From Deltaproteobacteria bacterium (lineage in GTDB: Bacteria > Desulfobacterota > DSM-4660 > Desulfatiglandales > HGW-15), in NCBI GenBank assembly GCA_019310485.1, contig JAFDEF010000033.1, positions 17,174 to 81,173 of the forward strand: DNA of 64,000 bases, given 5' to 3'. This document shows positions 26,711-36,629 of the stretch, piece by piece; the stretch's first letter is position 1; each line of letters begins with the position of its first letter. The translations under genes and the position numbers were made by a program. The notes beneath the pieces were generated by a model. The model was not told where the DNA came from and searched no databases. It saw only the letters and a program-made list of their open reading frames with translations.

Positions 26711-27055
26711 TCACCCATCATGAATTTCCAGCCCCACAAGGTAATGCCCTCTCAACCGGCCTTGATCATTTTTTACTATGCGGCTGACCTCTGCTGTGTG
26801 GCAATTTGAAGGTGTTGCTGATCCACGATAATAATACTTGGCTTTTAAAGAGACCCCCACCTTTAAGCGAGGCACAAGATTGGAATTCTCATTGACCAGA
26901 ACACACATTGAGCCATGTTCCAGATCCCAAATTTTGAACTGATAAGGCAGCTCAACTCCGTCTATATTTAACTCAACGCTATGGCATGCTCCCGGCCCTT
27001 GTGTTCCAGAATGACCCTGCCTCGACTGCGTGGCTGAAGGTCGATTGTTTTTCAT
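26711..27055 (-). CDS. hypothetical protein, weakly PilZ-like
   Basis: 114 aa with a GGAGGAAAAC RBS. It has a beta-rich C-terminal part and a D-x-x-x-G-S element (WDLEHGSMCV) but no clear RxxxR, so PilZ assignment is tentative. Confidence 0.4.
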   Translation of the reverse strand: MKNNRPSATQSRQGHSGTQGPGACHSVELNIDGVELPYQFKIWDLEHGSMCVLVNENSNLVPRLKVGVSLKAKYYYRGSATPSNCHTAEVSRIVKNDQGRLRGHYLVGLEIHDG

Positions 27056-27423
27056 GTTTTCCTCCTTTCACCTTGTAGCCACCCCTAGGACAGTGCTGGA
27101 GCACGTCCACTTATCGCTAAATCGAAGCACTTGAGTTTCACCCAGGGGCTAGCACGAGGCAACACCACTTGAGTGTAGGTTTTTCTTTTCTACCGATTTT
27201 TGCGAAACCACTCCTATTTCTGAATTGCAAACCCATTAGTACCCAAACTCAGTTAATGAATAGATATCAACTGAAAGAAAAGGATTCATGAGCATCTCTT
27301 TACAATTTGGAGACAATCCCTCACACTGTGCAATAGAAAATACTGTCAATTAGCATTCCATTTGGATCAAGCATTTGACGAAGAAAAGAATTTGTACTAA
27401 GCAAGGGCTGGATGGAGAGGGTA

Positions 27424-30400
27424 ATGCGTAGTGTGAGAATTTTCATTTTCTTATGCTTTATTATGTTTGTGCCTCATTCGCGGGCTGAGGCGGTTTCTAT
27501 TTCCGCCATCAATGTTGATGTCCACGAGTTCAAGCTGAAAAACGGCATGCAGTTTCTCATTGTTGAACGCCATATTGCGCCCCAGGTAGCCTGTCGTGTT
27601 GCTATTCGTGCCGGATCAGCGCTTGAGGAAGCAGGCAAAACAGGAATTGCCCACATGGTAGAACACATGATGTTCAAGGGGACAAAGAATTTTGGCACTC
27701 TAGATCCCGAAAGAGACCAAAAGCTGCAGAGACGGATTGAGGCTGCGTACCGGGTGGTGTTGAGGGAGGAGGGCAAGCGCAAGCCAAACCAAGAGCTTAT
27801 CAGGGCAAAGCTTGAAGAAATGTCAAGACTTCGGTTGGAGGTCCAGAAGATTTACGTGCCCCAAGCTTTCTCATCCCAGCTTGCAAAGAACGGTGCCGTA
27901 AACATCAATGCCTTTACCACAAAGGACCAGACCCAATATTTTATGTCGATCCCTTCCGACATGATTGAGCAGTGGTTTTCCATTGTCAGCGAACAGCTGT
28001 TTGAGCCTGCATGGCGGGAATTCTACGTCGAGAAGGAGGTAGTTCAGCGTGAATGGGCCTTTCGTTACTTGAATAACCCTGACGGCGCTGCATGGCTTGA
28101 TCTCTATGCTACGATGTTCAATGCGCATCCCTACCACAATCCAACTATCGGATGGAAATCTCACATGGAAAAATTCAGTGCAACGGACGCTATCCAATTT
28201 CACAGGAAATACTACAATCCTACAAATGCGGTGTGTGTTCTTGTTGGGGATGTCACCGTAGAAAAGGCAAGAGCACTGGCCCAGATATATTTCGGCAGAT
28301 ATCCACCAGGTGAAAGGGCTCCCGAGCACGTCAGCTCGGATTTGCCCCAGCAGGGCCCGAGAAAAAGTATCAGATTTTTGAAAGGCGCACGAACCCCAAG
28401 GGTTCTTATTGGTTTTCATGCTGCTAGAATGGGTACCGAGGATTTCTATGCGCTTGACGTACTCAGTATGATTCTCAGCCACGGCCGGGGGGCCTTGCTC
28501 AACCAACAAATCGTGAATAAGGGTTTGGCTGTTGAGGCATGGGCTGCAAATCCTGATAACCGTTACGGCGGTATATTCATACTGGGGGGCTCTCCCAAAG
28601 AACCCTCTGGGCTGAAGTCAAAGCAAGTAGAGGAGAAGAGGAGAAGAGGGGCTTACATAGAATTTTGTAGAGAGTTTGAAGAACTAGTTCTTGGAGAGGC
28701 AGAAAAACTAAAAAAAGAATTGGTGAGCGAGCGAGAGCTTAAGCGAGTTCAAAAACTGGCTTACCGCGATTTGCTGGACAGCATACAAACCAACGAAATG
28801 CTTGCGCGCACTCTGGCGACTTTTGAAGTGCAAGTGGGGTGGAGGTACTTACTTTCGTATCTGAAGAAAATATCGGAAGTGACCCCTTATGATATCAGGC
28901 GCGTTGCGAACAGGTTCCTTTGCGCCGAAAACAAAACAAGCATTTATGTTATCCCTGGTGGGAAGCTTTTAAGACCCCCTGAGCCATATCGGGAAATCAG
29001 GTCGCTAAGCGGGTCAGCTGCTGCCCGTACTTCATTGAAGCCCACAACCTTCGTGAATCATTCTATTTATCCAACCCCCAAAGGCTGGAAACATCCTCTC
29101 TCTTTTAACCGCAGACCCACCAAGATCAAATATAGAAAGGCTGAAGAAGCACACGTCAGGGGAGCAACAATTTTCTTTCTGCCGGATCGAGAATTACCCC
29201 TGGTGCAACTAACACTCCTTGTAAAGGCTGGCTCGGTAGACATATGCGATGCCAAGTATGGATTGGCCAAGGTTTTCAATGAGTCCTTGGTTCCCGGTGG
29301 AACCCAGAGGCATTCACCTTCTGAGCTGGCCAGGATCCTGGATGAAAACGCTATCAGAATAAGAGTTTCTGTTAGGGAAGAAGATACTGCCGTAAAACTC
29401 TCAGTGCTGGAAGACGATTGGTCAAAGGGGCTTGAACTGCTCAAAGAGATTCTAACCGAGCCTCGTTTTGATGCAAAAGTTCTTGAGGCTGCTAAAAAAC
29501 GAATTATGACCTCAATAAAACGGCAAGGAGGAAACGCGCACGTTGTAAGTGCAAGGGAGGCAATGATCTGGCATTTCAAGGGGCACCCTTATGGACGTGA
29601 CCCCCTGCTAGCCCTCAAGACCATCCCCGGAATTACCGCACAGGATCTTGAGTCTTTCTTGAAACGATTTTTCGTGCCCTCTAATATGGTTTTTTGCATT
29701 TCAGGCGACATTGAAAAGGAACGTGTGGTAAATGGGGTTGAAAAGCTCCTCCAGGCTTTCCCGGGAACCAATGCCCCTGAAAGAAGGCTCAGAAAACCTT
29801 CCCCTACTCCGCCCGTACTTGCCTTTATTCATAAAGATGGGCAGGTTCAAAGCCATGTAACTATGGTGCTTGGCACCATGGAAAGGACGCAGCCTGGTTA
29901 CTGGAAAATGAGCTTGCTGGCTGACCTGTTTGGTGGAGCCGATTCCCTGACGTACACAAGACTGCGGGAAGATCTTGGCCTAGCGTATGCTGCATGGTTT
30001 TACCAGACTTACAGGTGGAAAGCCGGGCTGCTTTTGGGATACATTGGGTGCAAGGCCGGGCTTTCTGCCCTTGCTATAAAAGAGACCGTCAACATTATGA
30101 AGAGCCTTAGAAAAAAGATACCTTCCGCGGAACTGGAGCGTAAGCGTCTGGATGTGCTTAATAGCTTTGTCTTTAACGTAGACACACCTGATGAACTTGT
30201 GGAAACCTATGGCCGCTATTACTTGCGAAAAGAACCACTAGATACCCTAGAGAGGATCCAGGAAGCATACATGTCCGCCAAGGCCAGTGAACTTTTAAAC
30301 CTTGCCAGGGATTTCCTTGATCCTGCGAAACTGCAGATCTTTGTTGTGGGAGACAAGAACTCCAGTGTTGAAACCGAAAGCAGTACCACCACAACCCTTG

Positions 30401-30465
30401 AAGACAGCCTAGTTGCCCTGAGCAGAAGTCTCGGTCTACCATTCAAGGAAATTCCACTGCGCTGA
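27424..30465 (+). CDS. M16 (pitrilysin/insulinase) family zinc peptidase, double-length (two M16 pairs), exported
   Basis: HxxEH zinc motif (AHMVEHMMFKGT). The signal peptide MRSVRIFIFLCFIMFVPHSRAEA starts at ATG 27424 (the track begins at ATG 27412). A second inactive-type M16 half occupies the C-terminal approximately 480 aa. Confidence 0.85.
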   Translation: MRSVRIFIFLCFIMFVPHSRAEAVSISAINVDVHEFKLKNGMQFLIVERHIAPQVACRVAIRAGSALEEAGKTGIAHMVEHMMFKGTKNFGTLDPERDQKLQRRIEAAYRVVLREEGKRKPNQELIRAKLEEMSRLRLEVQKIYVPQAFSSQLAKNGAVNINAFTTKDQTQYFMSIPSDMIEQWFSIVSEQLFEPAWREFYVEKEVVQREWAFRYLNNPDGAAWLDLYATMFNAHPYHNPTIGWKSHMEKFSATDAIQFHRKYYNPTNAVCVLVGDVTVEKARALAQIYFGRYPPGERAPEHVSSDLPQQGPRKSIRFLKGARTPRVLIGFHAARMGTEDFYALDVLSMILSHGRGALLNQQIVNKGLAVEAWAANPDNRYGGIFILGGSPKEPSGLKSKQVEEKRRRGAYIEFCREFEELVLGEAEKLKKELVSERELKRVQKLAYRDLLDSIQTNEMLARTLATFEVQVGWRYLLSYLKKISEVTPYDIRRVANRFLCAENKTSIYVIPGGKLLRPPEPYREIRSLSGSAAARTSLKPTTFVNHSIYPTPKGWKHPLSFNRRPTKIKYRKAEEAHVRGATIFFLPDRELPLVQLTLLVKAGSVDICDAKYGLAKVFNESLVPGGTQRHSPSELARILDENAIRIRVSVREEDTAVKLSVLEDDWSKGLELLKEILTEPRFDAKVLEAAKKRIMTSIKRQGGNAHVVSAREAMIWHFKGHPYGRDPLLALKTIPGITAQDLESFLKRFFVPSNMVFCISGDIEKERVVNGVEKLLQAFPGTNAPERRLRKPSPTPPVLAFIHKDGQVQSHVTMVLGTMERTQPGYWKMSLLADLFGGADSLTYTRLREDLGLAYAAWFYQTYRWKAGLLLGYIGCKAGLSALAIKETVNIMKSLRKKIPSAELERKRLDVLNSFVFNVDTPDELVETYGRYYLRKEPLDTLERIQEAYMSAKASELLNLARDFLDPAKLQIFVVGDKNSSVETESSTTTTLEDSLVALSRSLGLPFKEIPLR

Positions 30466-30580
30466 GTCTCAAAGAAATGCCGCTCGCATCGGCTGTCGAG
30501 GTCATTGGTGATTACTTTGATCCAGGCTACTGGAGTTTTCCGGACAACTTGAAGCAAGCCAAGGAGAATATTTTAGAGAT

Positions 30581-32584
30581 ATGCATTTCCCTAACCTTTT
30601 TTCCCAAGTACGAATTAACAAACTGACATTGAAAAACCGCATTGTCATGACAGCAATGCACCTGGGGTATACCCCCCAAGGCGAGGTCACAGACCGGCTT
30701 GTTGAATTTTATGCTGCGAGAGCGATTGGTGGGGTGGCTTTAATAATTGTTGGAGGATGCGTTATTGACGAGCACGGTGGCATGGCTAGCATGATTCGTA
30801 TCAGTGACGATTCCAGCATCCCCGGCCTGGCGCGACTGGTGCGTAGCGTCAAAAAGCGTGGAGCAAAGATTGCCGCCCAGCTATACCAGGCCGGGCGTTA
30901 TGCGCATTCTTCCATGATCGGTGGCAGGAAACCTTTCTCAGCCTCAGCGGTCAGGTCACGTCTCACAGGTGAAACTCCAAGAGCACTTGAACTTGAAGAA
31001 ATCCCTCAAGTCCAGGACAAGTTTTCACTGGCGGCACTGCGGGCTAAGAAGGCAGGGTTCGACGCTATTGAGATTCTCGGCAGTGCTGGTTACCTCATCA
31101 GCCAGTTCCTTTCCCCGATTACGAATCTTCGCAGGGACAGGTACGGGGGTTCTTTAGAGAACCGCATGCGTTTCGGAATAGAGGTGGCGGAAAAGGTTAG
31201 AAATATTGTAGGACCCGAGTATCCGGTTATTATGCGCCTGGCTGGTAATGACTTTATGCCCGGGGGCAATTCCAACAAAGAGGCAAGAATTTTCGCAGCC
31301 GAGCTTGAAAAGGCTGGAATAGATACATTCAATGTGACCGGAGGGTGGCATGAGACTCGGATACCACAGTTGTCGACATTTGTACCTCCAGGAGCTTTTG
31401 TATATCTCGCACGGGGCATCAGATCTGCAGTTTCAGTCCCGGTCATTGCCAGCAACAGAATAAATGACCCTCACGTGGCGGAAGCTATTCTTAGAGAAGG
31501 CAGCGCAGACATGGTAACCATGGCAAGGGCCCTCATCGCCGACCCAAACCTGCCGCACAAGGCCATGGAGGGAAAAGAGGAGCAGATATATCACTGCATC
31601 GCGTGTAATCAGGGATGCTTTGATAATATCTTCCGCCTCAAGCCCGTGGAGTGCATGGTCAACCCAGTGGCAGGATTGGAATCCGAGATAAAGATCAGCA
31701 GAACATCACGAAAAAAAAGTGTTCTTGTTATCGGCGGGGGGCCGGCAGGGATGAAAACCGCCTGTACTGCCGCAGAAAGGGGTAACAGCGTAACAATTGT
31801 TGAAAAAAATAACAGGCTGGGAGGACAGCTTCTTCTGAATGCCATGATACCGGGCAGGAAGGAGCTCGTTAGAGCGGCCACCGATCTCGTCAACAACCTA
31901 AAAGCCCTTGGCGTTAATATTCTTCTCAACAGAGAAGCGGATAGGAAACTGGTAAGAGATATGGCCCCTGATGTGGTTATTTTAGCCACCGGCGCTGTTC
32001 CTCTGATACCCCAAATTCCTGGGATTGGAAAAAGGTCGGTTATTCATGCATGGGACCTTCTCTCGGGAAGAGAAAAAGCTGGAAAGCGGGTGGTTGTCGT
32101 TGGCGGCAACGCGGTTGGACTGGAAACTGCCCTTTACCTGGCCCACCAGGGTACAATTTCTCCTGAGGTCCTCTTTTTCCTCATGGCAAACAGGGCTGAG
32201 AGCCAGGATACAATCCAAGATCTTCTAAAAAAAGGGAATAAAGACATTACCGTGCTGGAAATGAGGGAAAAAGCCGGGCAAGATATCGGGAGCTCAACGA
32301 GGTGGACTGTAATGGCTGAGCTCAAAAGGCTCGGGGTCAAACTTATGACCGGCACAGAGGCAAAAGAGATCACGCAGGAAGGATTATTGATAGAAAGGGC
32401 TGGCAAAAGTTCACTTCTTGCCGCTGACTCGGTAGTTGTTGCTGCCGGGGCAAGGCCGCTGAATGGACTCAAGAAGCAGTTAGAAGATCTTGTTCCCCAG
32501 ATCCATGTAGTCGGAGATGCAGTTGAGCCCCGCAATGCTTTGCTGGCAATTAAAGAAGGATTCTTTGCAGGGCTGAAGGTATGA
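30581..32584 (+). CDS. OYE-family FMN oxidoreductase with FAD/NAD(P) domain (FadH-like 2,4-dienoyl-CoA reductase), second paralog
   Basis: 667 aa with a canonical FadH-like N-terminus (LFSQVRINKLTLKNRIVMTAMHLGY). Cys motif: CIACNQGCFD...VECMVNP. Rossmann motifs: VLVIGGGPAGM and VVVVGGNAVGLE. Confidence 0.85.
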   Translation: MHFPNLFSQVRINKLTLKNRIVMTAMHLGYTPQGEVTDRLVEFYAARAIGGVALIIVGGCVIDEHGGMASMIRISDDSSIPGLARLVRSVKKRGAKIAAQLYQAGRYAHSSMIGGRKPFSASAVRSRLTGETPRALELEEIPQVQDKFSLAALRAKKAGFDAIEILGSAGYLISQFLSPITNLRRDRYGGSLENRMRFGIEVAEKVRNIVGPEYPVIMRLAGNDFMPGGNSNKEARIFAAELEKAGIDTFNVTGGWHETRIPQLSTFVPPGAFVYLARGIRSAVSVPVIASNRINDPHVAEAILREGSADMVTMARALIADPNLPHKAMEGKEEQIYHCIACNQGCFDNIFRLKPVECMVNPVAGLESEIKISRTSRKKSVLVIGGGPAGMKTACTAAERGNSVTIVEKNNRLGGQLLLNAMIPGRKELVRAATDLVNNLKALGVNILLNREADRKLVRDMAPDVVILATGAVPLIPQIPGIGKRSVIHAWDLLSGREKAGKRVVVVGGNAVGLETALYLAHQGTISPEVLFFLMANRAESQDTIQDLLKKGNKDITVLEMREKAGQDIGSSTRWTVMAELKRLGVKLMTGTEAKEITQEGLLIERAGKSSLLAADSVVVAAGARPLNGLKKQLEDLVPQIHVVGDAVEPRNALLAIKEGFFAGLKV

Positions 32585-32634
32585 CGAGGATAGTCCCTAA
32601 GGCTACTTACTATTTGTAGAAAAATGGCGCTATT

Positions 32635-33117
32635 ATGAAAATAGGAGTTATATCAGATACCCACCTCATAGATACAACCCCACTACTTGAAGAAACCGTA
32701 AAGAAATACTTCAGCCACGCAGACCTGATTCTTCATGCCGGGGACCTCACCTCCATGTCGGTACTAGATGCCTTTGCAGGGAAGGAAGTTATAGCTGTTT
32801 CAGGCAATTGTGATTCCAGCCAAGTAAAGCAAATGCTCCCAGACAAGAAAGTAGTTGAGGTCAGCAATTTCAGGATCGGCCTGATTCACGGCTGGGGGCT
32901 GCCATTTGGACTGGAAAGAAAACTGGGTTTGCATTTCCAGGGGATTCACTGCCTTGTTTACGGACACAGCCACTGGCCTACCAACCATTACAACAACGGA
33001 ATTCTTTATTTTAATCCCGGGTCCTTCTCCAGAGGCTTGTTCTCGTTGTGGCGCCGGAGCATAGGCCTTCTGGATATCGAAGGTAAACATATCGAGGGTA
33101 GAATAATACGCTTTTAG
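32635..33117 (+). CDS. YfcE/MJ0936-family metallophosphoesterase
   Basis: MKIGVISDTHL...LHAGD...GNCD...GHSH motif series is typical of this family. Confidence 0.85.
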   Translation: MKIGVISDTHLIDTTPLLEETVKKYFSHADLILHAGDLTSMSVLDAFAGKEVIAVSGNCDSSQVKQMLPDKKVVEVSNFRIGLIHGWGLPFGLERKLGLHFQGIHCLVYGHSHWPTNHYNNGILYFNPGSFSRGLFSLWRRSIGLLDIEGKHIEGRIIRF

Positions 33118-33403
33118 TTACTTATAGACGTCAACCTGCCTGCTGCAGAGCCGTGTTGAGCGGGCCTCCCGGAAAAATTTTCTCCTTCATCTTTTTGTGC
33201 CATCAAAGGGGGATTGGTTTTGTTGGATTTCGCCTAAACCTTCTTGAGCTTCCTAGGGGATGCTGCATTTTCTTATTGACAAATCAGAAAAAGATCTTAA
33301 TAAGACCCTATCCACGATATGTTAACTCAACATATGTGGGAGTCGGGTCAAAGCGGGACTGAGGTTTTCTTCCTCGCTTTTTCCCAGAGACTGTTGACTC
33401 GAT

Positions 33404-33524
33404 TTAATCCGCCAGAGGCGGATTAATCCGCCTCTGGCGGACAAGGGTTTGATTCCCCGCCCCTTGGGGCGGTTAAGATGGTTTCCGACTGATTCCCCGC
33501 CCGCTTGCGGCGTGGTAGTTAATT
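33404..33524 (+). repeat. BIME/REP-like mosaic hairpin repeat, family F1, copy 1
   Basis: Two CCGCC-AGA-GGCGG units form an inverted pair. They are followed by ggtttgattCCCCGCCCCttGGGGCGGttaagatggtttccga and a CCCCGCC-CGCTTGCGG-CG hairpin. The same modules recur at 40003, 49029 (inverted) and 51038. Confidence 0.9.
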
Positions 33525-33566
33525 TGCTAGGGATTGAATCTTCTAACCCAGAAAGGAGGGGTAAGC

Positions 33567-33950
33567 ATGGGAACAAGACTTGCGCTTGATCAAAATGTAG
33601 CCCCTTGGGGATTGCTAACCAGTCTCGATCTTTACGAATGCAACCCAGATATTATTCGAGATGCCGGGAAGATAAAAATTTACGTAAAAGAGCTTTGCGA
33701 GCTTTTAGATATGAAACCCTTTGGAGAGTGCCAGGTAGTTCACTTCGGGCAGGATGAACGGGTGGCAGGCTACTCCATGATCCAGCTTATTGAAACGTCT
33801 CTAATTTCAGGCCATTTCGCAAATCTCACTAATGCTGCATACATAGACATATTCAGTTGCAAACCATACGATCCAGAACAAGTTGCAGATTTTACAAAGG
33901 CCTTTTTCAAACCCCGTTCTGTTGAAGTTCACACCCTGGAAAGAATGTAG
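33567..33950 (+). CDS. S-adenosylmethionine decarboxylase-related (SpeH/AdoMetDC class 1-like) small protein
   Basis: The ATG at 33567 has AAAGGAGGGG upstream (the track starts at TTG 33534). It is 127 aa. LIETSLISGHF resembles the E-S self-cleavage site, and AYIDIFSCKPYDP resembles the family's ..DVFTCG.. motif. Confidence 0.65.
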   Translation: MGTRLALDQNVAPWGLLTSLDLYECNPDIIRDAGKIKIYVKELCELLDMKPFGECQVVHFGQDERVAGYSMIQLIETSLISGHFANLTNAAYIDIFSCKPYDPEQVADFTKAFFKPRSVEVHTLERM

Positions 33951-33957
33951 GGGCTTG

Positions 33958-34000
33958 CGGATTAATCCGCCTCTGGCGGATTAATCCGCCTCCGGCGGAT
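33958..34000. repeat. two tandem F1-type hairpin units (attaatCCGCCTC(T/C)GGCGG) immediately after the speH-like stop
   Basis: cggattaatccgcctctggcggattaatccgcctccggcggat. This is the same hairpin unit as at 33411-33440, in the opposite orientation. Confidence 0.85.
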
Positions 34001-34058
34001 CAAAAGCTCACGACGCTTTCTTGTCGCCGCAGGCCTTTTGGGGCGCCGAGAGGGTGGG

Positions 34059-36416
34059 CTACCTGACGCAGACTTTTCGGACTTGCTGAAGGTCTGTAAG
34101 CCCTAGAAAAACTTTTCTGATCCCATCCTGCATTAAGGTTGTCATGCCATCTTTTACGGCCTGCTCTCTGAGAAGTTCTATTCTTGTTTTGTTTTGGATA
34201 AGGGATCTCATCTCATCCGTGCCGTCGAGCAGCTCCATGATAGCTGCTCGCCCCCTGTAACCAGTGTTCGCACATTTATTGCATCCTTCAGCCTTGTGAA
34301 GGGTCAGGTCACCGGTATATGGAAAACCCAGAGCATCGAAACGTTCTCCGTACATACGGCCAATATTCTCATACTCCTCCTTGCCAGGATGATAGGGCTT
34401 CTTGCAGTCTTTGCAGAGAGTTCTAACAAGTCTCTGTGCCAGGATCCCCAATAATGCATCGGCAAAATTGAAAGGATCCATCCCCATATCCAGAAGCCGG
34501 GTGATTGTCTCCGGCGCGCTGTTCGTGTGAAGGGTGCTCAAGACCAGATGTCCTGTCAGGGATGCCTCTATCCCAATGGAAGCTGTCTCCCTGTCTCTCA
34601 TTTCTCCCACCATAATTACATCAGGATCAGCCCTAAGGAAACTGCGCATGGCTGCAGCAAAGTCAAAACCAATTTTTGGAAGTACCTGAACCTGACGCAA
34701 TCCCCTTTGGGTTATTTCCACGGGGTCCTCGGCCGTCCATATTTTTATCTCCGGCTTGTTGATATAGGCCAAAGCTGCGTGCAGAGTAGTCGTCTTGCCG
34801 CTCCCTGTAGGCCCTACAACAAGGACCATACCATAGGGCTTAGTAATCATACTCACCAGGAGGTTATAATTTCGCTCACTCATGCCGATTTTTTCAAGAG
34901 GAATTGGCTCCCCAGCACTCAGTATCCGCAAAACGACGTCCTCCTCTCCTCCCACCGTTGGCACGGTGGCAACCCTCAATTCAATATCAAGGGGGCCGAA
35001 TTTCTTGAACTTAATCTTGCCATCCTGGGGTTTTCTCCGCTCAGAAATGTCCAGATCAGCCATTATTTTTATCCTTGAAGCCAAAGCCCGCCTGTAATTA
35101 TACGGCACCGTCTGGTAACGGTGGCACACACCGTCAATTCTAAATCTTATTTCAGATCCTTCCTTTCCCGGGTATGGCTCTATGTGGATGTCTGAACACT
35201 TCCTATTATACGCATCGATGATAATCTTGTTGACAAGCTGCACAATCACGCTGTCGTCTTCTCCAAGCATCTCGGTACTGCTCTCAAAGTCTTCCTCTTC
35301 TTCTGCTTCGAGTTTTCCCAAAATATCATCGATGGAGCGATCATCCTGAATTGTGGAAGAGCCGTAGAAATAATCCAGAAACTTAAGAATGTCTTCTTTC
35401 AGCCCGACGACAAACTCGTATTCCTGCGCAGGAATCAGTGATTTTACACTGTCCACCTTGTCTAGTTGCATGGGATTATCTATGAGTATCCTCACCTTAC
35501 CACCTTCTCTTGAAAGCGGAACCCACAGGTTCTTCTTGAGATAAACAGGCTTCAACCTGGCGAGGAGGTCTCCCGGAATTGGATAATCGCTGTTGAAAGG
35601 CACATATTGGCAGTTGTAATACTGCGCTATGGACTGCCCGATATCCTCCTTTCTGACTTTGAAATCATTCATGAAAACCTTTTCTATAGCCACCTTTCGA
35701 TCCCTGGCCATTGAAATAGCCTGCTCGAGCTCTCTCTCAGTGATGATGTTGTTATTAAGAAGGTAGTCAAATTTGGTGCGTCTATTTTGCCGCTGGGAGA
35801 GCTTTTTTTGATTAAAAAGAGCAATCCCAAGTACGTTTGCGAGTTCTGTTGCTGATTTCTGGTCTTCCAGCGTAAATCTTTGCCCATTTTTCTTGTTAAC
35901 AAGCTGGAGTACCCCTATGACGTATCTCTTGTAAAAAATAGGCACCGTTAGAATTTGCTTTGTTACATAGCCAAACTTTTCATCCCAGCTCTTGTCAAAA
36001 CGCAATTCTTTGTTTATCAATGCCAGTTCCTTCGAGTCGTATGCATTGGCAATGTTCGTTATCTGGGCATTGTTGGCCGTGTATCCGGCAATGCTTTGGT
36101 TGTTTATCGGCACTCGAATCTCTTCCGGGAAGTTTCCCACTTTGAATCGCGAATAGATTTCCCTGCTTTTTCCATCAACCACATAAATTGTAATGGCATC
36201 GGCATCAAAAAGGCTAAGCATTTGATCCTTTAGATTGACCAGGATCTCATTGATATCTTTCGCAGCATGGATTTGGTTTGCGATATCGTGCAGGGCTTTG
36301 TAATACAACAGCTTCTGCCGATCATCCGAAGTTGTATTAGTGGTCTGCCTTGCCATTGGCGTATAGCCCCCCACATGCTTTCTTAATTCATTTGATACTA
36401 ACTCATTTAGATTCAT
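34059..36416 (-). CDS. GspE/PilB-family type II/IV secretion ATPase with an N-terminal GAF domain
   Basis: 785 aa. The N-terminal approximately 200 aa are GAF-like. A T2SSE_N-like region follows. The ATPase core has Walker A GPTGSGKTTT, Asp/His boxes (MVGEMRD, TGHLVLSTLHTN) and a tetracysteine motif CKDCKK...CNKCANTGYRGR. Confidence 0.9.
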   Translation of the reverse strand: MNLNELVSNELRKHVGGYTPMARQTTNTTSDDRQKLLYYKALHDIANQIHAAKDINEILVNLKDQMLSLFDADAITIYVVDGKSREIYSRFKVGNFPEEIRVPINNQSIAGYTANNAQITNIANAYDSKELALINKELRFDKSWDEKFGYVTKQILTVPIFYKRYVIGVLQLVNKKNGQRFTLEDQKSATELANVLGIALFNQKKLSQRQNRRTKFDYLLNNNIITERELEQAISMARDRKVAIEKVFMNDFKVRKEDIGQSIAQYYNCQYVPFNSDYPIPGDLLARLKPVYLKKNLWVPLSREGGKVRILIDNPMQLDKVDSVKSLIPAQEYEFVVGLKEDILKFLDYFYGSSTIQDDRSIDDILGKLEAEEEEDFESSTEMLGEDDSVIVQLVNKIIIDAYNRKCSDIHIEPYPGKEGSEIRFRIDGVCHRYQTVPYNYRRALASRIKIMADLDISERRKPQDGKIKFKKFGPLDIELRVATVPTVGGEEDVVLRILSAGEPIPLEKIGMSERNYNLLVSMITKPYGMVLVVGPTGSGKTTTLHAALAYINKPEIKIWTAEDPVEITQRGLRQVQVLPKIGFDFAAAMRSFLRADPDVIMVGEMRDRETASIGIEASLTGHLVLSTLHTNSAPETITRLLDMGMDPFNFADALLGILAQRLVRTLCKDCKKPYHPGKEEYENIGRMYGERFDALGFPYTGDLTLHKAEGCNKCANTGYRGRAAIMELLDGTDEMRSLIQNKTRIELLREQAVKDGMTTLMQDGIRKVFLGLTDLQQVRKVCVR

Positions 36417-36613
36417 TATGAAAGCTAAAACGCAATCCGTAATCGCTATGCTGGCTTAATCTGTTGTCTTACTACTGCCTCGCTCACTGTTAGAAGATAC
36501 TCTCTTTTTCTCCACTAGAGGGAACCGGGCGTGCAACCGGAGCAAAAAAATTCCCCATTGCCGCCACAGTATTTTTCTGCTACAAGAACTGGTGCCTATA
36601 TATGAAATGCCAC

Positions 36614-36629
36614 TGGCAAAACCGCTGCC
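36614..36629 (+). promoter_or_regulatory. weak candidate sigma-54 promoter upstream of iorA
   Basis: TGGCAAAACCGCTGCC has GG-N10-GC in the correct spacing and lies about 195 nt upstream of ATG 36824. The match outside the invariant dinucleotides is mediocre. Confidence 0.3.

Noticed and set aside
33441-33470. tRNA T-arm-like string (GGGTTTGATTCCCCGCC) inside the F1 repeat; possible tRNA gene or tRNA-derived SINE.
   Set aside because: No acceptor, D or anticodon arm can be built around it. The resemblance is limited to about 12 nt. The real tRNAs in the window (62709, 62870) fold completely.
33404-33524. Could the tandem CCGCC-AGA-GGCGG units be a small CRISPR array?
   Set aside because: The units are about 17-20 nt and directly abutting, or separated by only 2-6 nt, with no unique spacers. 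They are always attached to the same constant module, are scattered in both orientations, and no cas genes are present.
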